From Myxococcales bacterium (GTDB lineage: Bacteria > Myxococcota_A > UBA9042 > GCA-2863065): 64,000 nucleotides of DNA. Position numbers and translations under genes: made by a program. The stretch covers positions 621 to 64,620 of the forward strand of contig JADMJS010000157.1 of NCBI GenBank assembly GCA_018780435.1, read 5' to 3'. Below, piece after piece: positions 47,744 through 56,027 of this stretch; position 1 is the first letter of the stretch, and each line of letters starts with the position of its first letter. Below the pieces are notes generated by a model. It saw only the letters and a program-made list of their open reading frames with translations. It was not told where the DNA came from and ran no database searches.

Positions 47744-48760
47744 TCAGGCGAACTGCTGCAAGAAGCGCAGGTCGCCGCCGAGCACGTGCCGGATGTCATC
47801 GATGCCGTAGCGCATCATCACGAGGCGCGAGAGCCCCATCCCGAAGGCCCACGCCTGCCACTCGGCGGGATCGAGCCCCGCGTGGCGCAGCACGTTCGGG
47901 TGTACGAGCCCGCAGCCGAGCGTCTCGACCCAGCCCGAGTGTTTGCAGACACGACAGCCGGCCCCGCCGCAGAGCAGGCACTGCATGTCGAGCTCGAAGC
48001 CCGGCTCCACGAAGGGGAAGTAGCCGGGCCGCAGCCGCACGGTGACCTCCCGCTCGAAGACCTGCGAGAGCATGATCTTCATCGTGCTGATGAGGCCGGC
48101 GACCGACACCACGCGGTCGACGAAGAGCCCCTCGAGCTGATGGAAGGTGTGCTCGTGGGACGCGTCGAGCGCTTCGTTGCGGAACACTTTGCCCGGGAAC
48201 GCGGCGCGAAACGGCGGCGCGAACTGCTTCATCGCCCGGATTTGGCCCGGCGATGTGTGGGTCCGAAGCACATGACCATCTTTTGTCCAGAAGGTGTCCT
48301 GCATGTCGCGCGCAGGGTGGTGCTTCGGGATATTGAGCGCCTCGAAGTTCATGAAGTCGGTCTCGACCTCACCGTAGTCGAGCACCATGAAGCCCATGGC
48401 CGTGAAGATGTCCTCAAGGCGCTCTTGCACGAGCGTCAGCGGGTGGAAGGACCCGAGGTCCGGCCGGGCCCCCGGCACGCTCACGTCGAAGGTCGTGTCC
48501 GCGAGCTCCCGGGCGATGGCGCCCTGCACGAGCGCGACCTTCCGCGCTTCGAGCGCCTGCGTGACCGTGGCCTTGGCGACGTTGATGGCCTTGCCGATGG
48601 GGCCGCGCTCGGCTGGCGGCGCCGCGCCGATGAGCCGCGTGAGCTCGGTGATGGTGCCCTTCTTGCCGAGCAGCCCTACCTCGAGGTCGCGGAGCGTGGC
48701 CTCGGTGTCGGCCGCCGCGATCTCGGCGAGCGCACTCTCAACGGTCGTGTCGATGTTCAC
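47744..48760 (-). CDS. pheS: Phenylalanine-tRNA ligase alpha subunit
   Basis: LGKKG, NFEALNIP.HHPARDMQDTF, LRTHTS, FPFVEP and AFGMG. Confidence 0.98.
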   Translation of the reverse strand: MNIDTTVESALAEIAAADTEATLRDLEVGLLGKKGTITELTRLIGAAPPAERGPIGKAINVAKATVTQALEARKVALVQGAIARELADTTFDVSVPGARPDLGSFHPLTLVQERLEDIFTAMGFMVLDYGEVETDFMNFEALNIPKHHPARDMQDTFWTKDGHVLRTHTSPGQIRAMKQFAPPFRAAFPGKVFRNEALDASHEHTFHQLEGLFVDRVVSVAGLISTMKIMLSQVFEREVTVRLRPGYFPFVEPGFELDMQCLLCGGAGCRVCKHSGWVETLGCGLVHPNVLRHAGLDPAEWQAWAFGMGLSRLVMMRYGIDDIRHVLGGDLRFLQQFA

Positions 48761-48765
48761 GGCGT

Positions 48766-48987
48766 TCAGCTCTCTTCCATCTCGATGAGGACGAGGCCGT
48801 CGAGGACGGACGCGCCTTCGGTCACGTGAATGGCGGTGATGGTCCCACCCACGGGGGCCTCGACCGGGATCTCCATCTTCATCGACTCGAGGATGATGAG
48901 GGTGTCGCCTTCGTCGACCGTCGCGCCGACGGTGGTCTCGATCTTCCAGACCGTCCCCGTGAGGGGCGCCTTGATCTTCTCGGACAT
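48766..48987 (-). CDS. Biotin carboxyl carrier protein (stand-alone biotinyl domain)
   Basis: ILESMKMEIPVEAP biotinylation motif. Confidence 0.93.
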   Translation of the reverse strand: MSEKIKAPLTGTVWKIETTVGATVDEGDTLIILESMKMEIPVEAPVGGTITAIHVTEGASVLDGLVLIEMEES

Positions 48988-48999
48988 GGGTGCCTCGGA

Positions 49000-49041
49000 G
49001 AGCCGTGAGGCTCAGACGTCATCGAGCCGTGAGGCTCAGAC
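49000..49041. repeat. Two direct copies of an 18 bp hairpin unit
   Basis: GAGCCGTGAGGCTCAGAC at 49000-49017 and 49024-49041; each contains GAGCC-GTGA-GGCTC. Confidence 0.85.
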
Positions 49042-50412
49042 TTTCCAGTGGTTTTCGAGGAAGCGGGTCGACAGCTCGCCGGCGCGGAAGGCCGGGTGGC
49101 GGACGAGCCAGCGATGAAAGGAGAGGTTCGACACGACGCCCTCGATGACGGTGGCGTCGAGCGCCGTTTCGAGACGCGCGGTCGCGTCCTCCCGCGTGGC
49201 GCCGTGCACGACGAGCTTGGCCATGAGCGAGTCGTAGAAGGGCGCGATGGTGGTGCCGAGCTCGATCCCGGCGTCCACGCGCGCCCCCTCGGGCCATTCG
49301 AGCGCCGTCACCTGCCCGGGCTGCGGCAAGAAGTTCTTGGCCGGGTCCTCCGCGCAGAGCCGGACCTCGATGGCGTGGCCCGTGATCGGCGGCGGCACGA
49401 GCGAGCCGCCGAAGTCGAGCCGCTCGCCGTTCGCGACCCGGAGCTGCCAGCCCGGCAGGTCAAGCCCGGTGACGAGCTCGGTGACCGGGTGTTCGACCTG
49501 AAGGCGCGTGTTCATCTCCATGAAGTAGAAGGCGCCATCCTGATCGACCAGGAACTCGACGGTCCCGACGCCCTGATACCCGACGGCGCGCCCGAGCGCG
49601 ACGGCAGCCTCGCCCATCCGCTCCCGGAGGCCGGGGAACTGGGCCATCACCGGGGACGGAGCCTCCTCCAGCACCTTCTGGTGGCGGCGCTGAATCGAAC
49701 ACTCGCGCTCGTAGAGGGACACTCCGTTTCCGTGCTGGTCGAAGAGGACCTGGATCTCGATGTGGCGCGGCGCCGCGAGGTAGCGCTCGAGGTAGACCGC
49801 GCCCGAGCCGAAGGCCCGCTCCGCCCGCGACTTGCAGCGCTCGAGTGCCTTGCCGAGCTTTTCGGCTGACGGCGCGACCTCCATGCCGATGCCGCCACCG
49901 CCGGCCGACGCCTTGATCAGCACGGGATAGCCGATGGCGTCGGCGACCGCTGCCGCATCCTCCGGCGAGACGGCGCCGTCCGAACCGGGGACCATCGGCA
50001 GCCCGTGCCGGCGCGCGGTGGCGCGGGCCGCGATCTTGTCGCCCATCGCCGCGATGGCCGACGGCGGAGGGCCGATCCAGCGGAGCCCGACCGCGATGAC
50101 CTTTTCGGCGAAGGCCGCGTTCTCGCTGAGGAGTCCGTAACCCGGGTGGATGGCGTCGGCACCGGCGCGGTCGGCGGCGGCGAGGAGGGACTCGACGTTC
50201 AGATAGGACTGCTGAACCGGGGCCGGCCCGATGAGCTCGGCCCGAGTCGCGGCCTTCACGTGCGGCGCGCCCGCATCGGCCTCCGAGTACACGGCCACGG
50301 TCTCGACCCCGAGTGTGCGGTAGTGCGACACGAGGCGATGGGCGATCTCACCGCGATTGGCGACGAGCACGCGGGCGATCGGAGTGCGGGTGGGCGATGA
50401 AGCGATCGTCAT
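49036..50412 (-). CDS. Biotin carboxylase subunit of an acyl-CoA carboxylase
   Basis: VLVANRGEIA, IHPGYGLLSEN, KASAGGGG.GM, ERECSIQRRHQK, EMNTRLQVEHPVTE and FYDSLMAK. Confidence 0.96.
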   Translation of the reverse strand: MTIASSPTRTPIARVLVANRGEIAHRLVSHYRTLGVETVAVYSEADAGAPHVKAATRAELIGPAPVQQSYLNVESLLAAADRAGADAIHPGYGLLSENAAFAEKVIAVGLRWIGPPPSAIAAMGDKIAARATARRHGLPMVPGSDGAVSPEDAAAVADAIGYPVLIKASAGGGGIGMEVAPSAEKLGKALERCKSRAERAFGSGAVYLERYLAAPRHIEIQVLFDQHGNGVSLYERECSIQRRHQKVLEEAPSPVMAQFPGLRERMGEAAVALGRAVGYQGVGTVEFLVDQDGAFYFMEMNTRLQVEHPVTELVTGLDLPGWQLRVANGERLDFGGSLVPPPITGHAIEVRLCAEDPAKNFLPQPGQVTALEWPEGARVDAGIELGTTIAPFYDSLMAKLVVHGATREDATARLETALDATVIEGVVSNLSFHRWLVRHPAFRAGELSTRFLENHWKV

Positions 50413-50669
50413 GGCGCCGGGAAGCTACCACTCAGACTCCCCGATGTCACAGATGGTCGTCTCGGCACGCGCTCCAGCGGCGCGATGCCCCAAAAGCGCG
50501 TTTCTTGCGGCCCTGAGCCCCCGGGAGTTTCATGCCGGCCAGCGCGCACGTCTCTGAGCAGTGCGGCTCGGCGTGGCGGCCGGCGGGCGATTGAATGGTC
50601 GCCAGCCCGGCGCGTCAGAGCGCGAGCACGACGCTGGCACGGCGAGACCGCCCGACGAGGAGGACAGCG

Positions 50670-52133
50670 ATGACGAGCTCCCATCATCACCGGACGGCAC
50701 GCCGGCTCGCCGGTGTCGCCCTGACGTCGGTGTTCTTCGCCGGGACCGCGCTCTCCGACATCCCCGCCGCGCCGACACCCGCCGGGGAAGCCGAGAAGAA
50801 GTTCGGCGGGCTCGTCGATGGCCGCGTCGGCATCGGCCAGGTCGACGAAGACCTCTTCCTCTCCATCAACATCGGGACCGTCCTCACCTGGTGGAAGCTC
50901 GGAGTGGGCATCCAAGTCCCCTTGCGCTTCCGCGTGATGGACGAAGACCCGCAGAACGACGGCGTCCTCCGAAAAGAAGACTGGGACGAGGTCAGCGACT
51001 GGACCCGCGTCGTTCGCTTCATCTCGTGGGGCACGCCGGACGAGTGGCTTTACGCCCGCATCGGCGTCCTCGAAGGCACGACCATTGGGCACGGCACCAT
51101 CGTCGACCGGTACATGAACGTCATCGACGCCGACCACTATCAAACCGGCCTCCAGTTCAAGCTCGACATGGACGTCGCCGGTGGCGAGCTCTTCCTCGAC
51201 AACCTGATCGATCCCGAGATCTTTGGCATGCGCGCCTTCATGCGACCGCTGCAGCTCTGGAGCGGCGCGCCGGACCTCGCCAAGGCCTTCGAGGTCGGCT
51301 TCACGCTCGTTACCGACGGCGTCGCGCCGATGCACTACGTCACGGAAGAAAAGCCGCGCGTCGGCGGCGGCTTCGATATCGTCAAACAAGTCAACGAAGA
51401 CGGCGAGCTGGTCGTGACCTCGGAGGCCGCCGTGCTCGTTGGCTTCGACCTCGGCTGGCTCTGGCGGCCCGTCGATTGGTTCGCGTTCCGCCCCTATACC
51501 GACGTGAACTTCCTGGCGGCGACCGGCGGCACCGGCTTCCACACGGGCGCCGCCGCCACCTTCGACATCGCGAGCGTCGTCACCCTGGGGACGCGCGTCG
51601 AATACCGGGTCGTTACCGCCGATTACGCCCCGTCGTGGGTGAACTCCTGGTACGAGATCGAGCGCGTGGACTATCTCCCCGCGCCCGCCGGACCCGCACC
51701 ACGCGAACGCGTGAGCAAGCTCAAGTACTACACGCTCCTCGACGACGCAGGCGAAGAGGACGCGCGCCACGGCTGGCACGCGAGCCTCGACCTCACGATC
51801 ATGAAGGCCATCACCTTCTGGGCATTGCTTGAGGACTACCAGGGCCCCGACAACGCCAACCTGACGATCGGGGTCACCCTCCCCTACATCGCGGGCGTCC
51901 GTGCCCAGGTCTACTACTCGAAGCGCAACTTCGACGAGCCCTCAGAGGCCTTCGATCTCGACCGCGGTCTCTTCGTGGCCGACTTCCGGTACAAGTTTTG
52001 GGGCCCGATGTTTGCGTTCGCGACCTATTCGCGGGAGTGGCGGCTCGACAAAGACCCGCTCTCCGGCTCGTTCGGCGAGTACGAGACCATCAACGACTGG
52101 GACCTCGGAGTGGGCGCGGAGTTCGAGTTCTGA
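50670..52133 (+). CDS. Putative outer-membrane beta-barrel protein
   Basis: GAGGAGGA RBS, ATG 50670, signal peptide, aromatic amphipathic strands and a C-terminal GVGAEFEF. Confidence 0.75.
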   Translation: MTSSHHHRTARRLAGVALTSVFFAGTALSDIPAAPTPAGEAEKKFGGLVDGRVGIGQVDEDLFLSINIGTVLTWWKLGVGIQVPLRFRVMDEDPQNDGVLRKEDWDEVSDWTRVVRFISWGTPDEWLYARIGVLEGTTIGHGTIVDRYMNVIDADHYQTGLQFKLDMDVAGGELFLDNLIDPEIFGMRAFMRPLQLWSGAPDLAKAFEVGFTLVTDGVAPMHYVTEEKPRVGGGFDIVKQVNEDGELVVTSEAAVLVGFDLGWLWRPVDWFAFRPYTDVNFLAATGGTGFHTGAAATFDIASVVTLGTRVEYRVVTADYAPSWVNSWYEIERVDYLPAPAGPAPRERVSKLKYYTLLDDAGEEDARHGWHASLDLTIMKAITFWALLEDYQGPDNANLTIGVTLPYIAGVRAQVYYSKRNFDEPSEAFDLDRGLFVADFRYKFWGPMFAFATYSREWRLDKDPLSGSFGEYETINDWDLGVGAEFEF

Positions 52134-52166
52134 ACTCCCTCGAAAGCCCGCACGTTCGAGTCGAAG

Positions 52167-52195
52167 TTGACCCTCTCCCGCGCGACCTTTACGGT
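52167..52195 (+). promoter_or_regulatory. Sigma70-like promoter
   Basis: TTGACC-N17-TACGGT upstream of the lipoprotein gene. Confidence 0.45.
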
Positions 52196-52278
52196 ACCGC
52201 GGTCCGGCGCCCGGCCAGCGCGAGACTCTGTCCCTCGGCCACGCTGTGGACGGCCATGTCCACTCGCTCTACGGAGAG

Positions 52279-52758
52279 ATGATGCCCCGTCGTTTCGCGA
52301 TCTCGTTCCTGCTGGCCGCTGGCCTCGTCGCCTGCGCCCCGACGTACATCCAGGGCACGGAGATCGAAGACACCCCGGCCAACCGAGAGATCGTGGGCAT
52401 GGTCGAGTCGTATCGGAAGGCGCTCGAAGAGCGGGACGAGGTGACCCTCCTCCGTTTGATCTCGCGGCGTTACGTCGAGAACGGGTCGACCACCGACACG
52501 TCCGACGACGACTACGGCTACGAAGCGCTCACCCAGCGCGTCTTGCCGAAGCTCCACGACAACATCAAAGACATCCAGTACCGCGTTCAACTGCGCCGCG
52601 TGGCCATCTCGGGTGACCGTGCGTTCGCCGAGTTCGAGTTCGTGGCGCGCTTCCTCTACTCCGAAGGGGGTCGCGACCGATGGCAAGCGTTGAACGACTT
52701 CAACCGACTCGACTTCACGCTCGAGGACGGCGCCTGGAAGATCGAGAGCGGCCTCTGA
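52279..52758 (+). CDS. Lipoprotein with NTF2-like fold
   Basis: Lipobox LVAC; YRKALEERD...L..LIS..Y, ISGDRAFAEF and EDGAWKIESGL. Confidence 0.8.
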   Translation: MMPRRFAISFLLAAGLVACAPTYIQGTEIEDTPANREIVGMVESYRKALEERDEVTLLRLISRRYVENGSTTDTSDDDYGYEALTQRVLPKLHDNIKDIQYRVQLRRVAISGDRAFAEFEFVARFLYSEGGRDRWQALNDFNRLDFTLEDGAWKIESGL

Positions 52759-55394
52759 GCTCTCGCCTGACGCGGTCCGTTCTAGGGCTGCTCCTCCTCG
52801 TCACCGTCTTCGCCTCCGCCGCGTCGGCGGAAGGGCTCGAGAGCGGACGTTCGGCGCTCGCCCGCGGCGACTATCCGGAAGCCCTGAAGCTGCTCGAAGC
52901 CGCGCACGCGGCCAAGACCCCGGGGGCCGACCTGGTCCTCGTCGGCGCCTACCTCGAGACCGGTCGTTACGATGCGCTGAAGCCAGTCGCGCTCGCGGTC
53001 GCCGCCTCGGAGAAGCGCGGTAACGATCGGTGGGCGGCCGCCGAGACGGCCCTCGGCCGAGTCGAGGCGGAGACCGGCGACTACAAGGCCGCCATCAAGC
53101 GGCTCAAAGACGTCGTCAAACACAGCCGTCGTTTCCTCGAAGCGCGCATCGTGCTCTCAGAGGTCCTCTATCTGACGGGCACGTCACGGGACAAGCTCAC
53201 GGAGGCAGACCAGATCGCGGACTTCTACCAGGAGGGCGAGGTCAAGACGGCGCGCGACCTCGCGTGGCTTGGGCGGGCGCTCACGCTCACCGAGTACTAC
53301 CAGAACGCCAATGAGGTCTTCGGTGAAGCGGTCGAGGCGGACCCCTCGGACCTCGTCGCCCACCAGTACTGGGCCGAGCTCTTCCTCCGCGCCGGCAAGA
53401 ACGAACGTGAAGCCGACGTCTCGGTGCGCGAGATCCTGAAGCGCAACGCCTACCACCCCGCCGCCTTGGTGCTCGCAGGGAGCATGGACATGTCGTCGGA
53501 CTCCGACGCGAGCGCTGCCACGGACCGCGTCGAACGCGCGCTCGCCGTGAACCCGCGCTTCTTGCCGGCGCACCACCTGCGGGCGCGAATCCTCATCGAC
53601 ACCGAACAGGTGGAGGCCGCCGTGGCGGCGCTGACGGAAGCGCTCGCCGTCAACCCGAAACACCCGATGACGCACACGCTCATCGGGGCCGCGCGCCTTC
53701 TGCTCGAAGACAATGCCGGCTTCGAAGCGTCGATGAAGGCGGCCATGGCGACCAACCCGCGTTACGCCGAGGGGTGGGCCACGGTCGCCGAGATCATCGA
53801 GCGCCGCCACCGCTACCCGGAGGCGCTAGAGTTCCACCGCAAGGCTATCAAGCTCGACAAGGAGTACTGGCCAGCGTGGGTGGGCCTCGGCATGGGGCTC
53901 TCACGCGCAGGGCAGGACGACGAAGCCGCCAAGATCTTGGAGCAGGCCTTCGATGGCGACTCCTTCAACGTCCACGCCTACAACATGACCGAGTACTTCT
54001 ACGACGGCACCGCCAAACGGATGGAGTGGGTGGACGCCACGCCCTTCCGGTTACGCCTCGAACGCGACCAAGCGGCCATCCTCGCGCCGCTCGTGAAGCC
54101 GCTCCTGAAAGACGCGTGGGATCGGTACCGAAAGCAGTACGACTACGAGCCGACGAAGCCGCTTCACGTCGAGTACTTCTCGGACCGTAAGATCTTCGCG
54201 GTCCGGACGGTCGGCTCCCCCGGGCTCGCGGCGCACGGCGTGTGTTTCGGCCACGTCGTCACGGCCGCGTCGCCGTCGAACGCCGACAACAACTGGCCTA
54301 TGGTCCTCTGGCACGAGCTCGCCCACATCTGGCACCACCAGATGTCTCGGGGGCGTGTCCCCCGCTGGTTCACAGAGGGGCTCGCCGAGCTCGAGACGAC
54401 TCGGCTCAAGACCTATTGGAAGCGCGAGCTCGATAACGCGCTGTGGCTTGGGCTCTCGGGCGGATCCCTGAAGGGGATCGCGGAGTTCAACACCATGTTC
54501 ACCCACGCGAAGTCCATCGAAGGCATCATCCTCGCCTACTACTACGCGACGCAGGTGGTCCGGTACATCGAGTCCAAGTGGGGCTACGCGGTGCTGCCGA
54601 AGATGCTCTCGGCGTGGGGCGATCGAAAGAGCACCGCCGTCGTATTCGAGACCATCCTCGGTACCGACCTAAAGGCCTTCGACCGCGACCTGGTCGCCTG
54701 GCTCCGGTCGACCTGGCTGAAGCGTTACGTCGGCTCTTTTGCGCCGAACGAATTGCCACCCGGCGACCCGGCGGGCCAAGCGCTCGAAAAAGCGCAAGCC
54801 GACGTGCGTGCTCAGAAGTGGCCCGAAGCCAAAGAAGCCGTGGCGAGTATTTTTGCGGCCGGTCACGACAGCGCGGACTTGCGTGAGCTCGCCGCGCGTA
54901 TCGCTCACGCCGTGCAGGACTGGGACGCGGTCATTGAGCACACGCGTAAGGGCCTCGAACGCGACCCGCAGCGTGTCGACTTCCACGGGCTGCTCGTCGA
55001 TGCCTACGGCGCCAAGTCCGACGACGCCGGGCTCTATCAAGCGCTGACCGAACTAGCCGAGATCACGGAGGATGATGTCGCCCTGATGCTACGCATCGCG
55101 GAGATGGCCCGTCGTAACAAGGACGCCCCTGGGCAGACCGAATATGCACGCCGGGCCCTGGAAGTCGCGCCCTTCGTCCGGTCCGTTCGTGTAGCCGTCG
55201 CGCGAGCGCACCTAGCGAGCGGCCGCGCTGACGACGCCCTTCGAGAATGTGAGGTCGGACTGAGCTTGCCTGACGAAGCCGGTGACGCCGAGGTCCTCGC
55301 GGTGAAGGCGGACGCGCTCGAAGCTCTCGGCCGAGTCGATGACGCCAAAGCCCTGAGAGCCCGCGCGCCGAAGCCCGAGCCGGTCGACCTGTGA
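52680..55394 (+). CDS. TPR-repeat protein with zincin (peptidase MA-like) domain
   Basis: TPR arrays flank VLWHELAHIW...VPRWFTEGLA (HEXXH plus downstream E). Signal-peptide-like segment near 52770-52830, so the true start may be downstream of 52680. Confidence 0.85.
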   Translation: MASVERLQPTRLHARGRRLEDRERPLSSRLTRSVLGLLLLVTVFASAASAEGLESGRSALARGDYPEALKLLEAAHAAKTPGADLVLVGAYLETGRYDALKPVALAVAASEKRGNDRWAAAETALGRVEAETGDYKAAIKRLKDVVKHSRRFLEARIVLSEVLYLTGTSRDKLTEADQIADFYQEGEVKTARDLAWLGRALTLTEYYQNANEVFGEAVEADPSDLVAHQYWAELFLRAGKNEREADVSVREILKRNAYHPAALVLAGSMDMSSDSDASAATDRVERALAVNPRFLPAHHLRARILIDTEQVEAAVAALTEALAVNPKHPMTHTLIGAARLLLEDNAGFEASMKAAMATNPRYAEGWATVAEIIERRHRYPEALEFHRKAIKLDKEYWPAWVGLGMGLSRAGQDDEAAKILEQAFDGDSFNVHAYNMTEYFYDGTAKRMEWVDATPFRLRLERDQAAILAPLVKPLLKDAWDRYRKQYDYEPTKPLHVEYFSDRKIFAVRTVGSPGLAAHGVCFGHVVTAASPSNADNNWPMVLWHELAHIWHHQMSRGRVPRWFTEGLAELETTRLKTYWKRELDNALWLGLSGGSLKGIAEFNTMFTHAKSIEGIILAYYYATQVVRYIESKWGYAVLPKMLSAWGDRKSTAVVFETILGTDLKAFDRDLVAWLRSTWLKRYVGSFAPNELPPGDPAGQALEKAQADVRAQKWPEAKEAVASIFAAGHDSADLRELAARIAHAVQDWDAVIEHTRKGLERDPQRVDFHGLLVDAYGAKSDDAGLYQALTELAEITEDDVALMLRIAEMARRNKDAPGQTEYARRALEVAPFVRSVRVAVARAHLASGRADDALRECEVGLSLPDEAGDAEVLAVKADALEALGRVDDAKALRARAPKPEPVDL

Positions 55395-55422
55395 TCGCGC
55401 CGCGCGCGCGCGTCCGGCGCAG

Positions 55423-55980
55423 GTGAGCCTCTTCCTCGCGCTCGCATTGCCTGACGTGGTGCGGTCCCACGTCGCCGATGTCATCGAGCACGGCCGCGCG
55501 ACGCCCGGCCTGAACGCGCGCTGGCTTCGGCCTGAGCGGCTCCACGTCACCGTGTTGTTCCTGGGCCGGCCGCTGGATCCGGCCACCCTGGCCGCACGAA
55601 TGCCGGATCTCGCCGCGCGGCACGCCCCGATTCAGCTCGGTGTGAAGGGCGCCGGCCTCTTCACGACGCCGCGTGCGCCATCGGTATTATGGCTCGGCCT
55701 GCACGGCGACCTTGGCGGCTTGATGGCGCTGAGAGCGGACGCTCTCCGGGTCTTCGCCGATGCCGTCGACCCACTGGAGGTGGGGCGACACTTTCAACCT
55801 CACGTGACCTTGGCTCGGGGGAAGCGCCCGGGTGAACTCGACGGCATGGCGGCTAGGTTGTCCGAGCTCACTGTCCCGAAGGTGGCGCTGGACTCGCTCC
55901 ACCTCTACGAGAGTGGCGGCGATGCGTTCACGAGCCATCGCGCTGAGTCTCTGATGACGCCGATCGTGGGTGCCCCGTGA
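55423..55980 (+). CDS. thpR: RNA 2',3'-cyclic phosphodiesterase (2H family)
   Basis: LFLAL, LHVTVLFLG, VLWLG and FQPHVTLAR (two HxT motifs). Confidence 0.92.
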   Translation: MSLFLALALPDVVRSHVADVIEHGRATPGLNARWLRPERLHVTVLFLGRPLDPATLAARMPDLAARHAPIQLGVKGAGLFTTPRAPSVLWLGLHGDLGGLMALRADALRVFADAVDPLEVGRHFQPHVTLARGKRPGELDGMAARLSELTVPKVALDSLHLYESGGDAFTSHRAESLMTPIVGAP

Positions 55981-56027
55981 CAATGTCGCTTGCCAGTCCG
56001 GCCGCGCAGGAATAGAAGGCGCGACCG

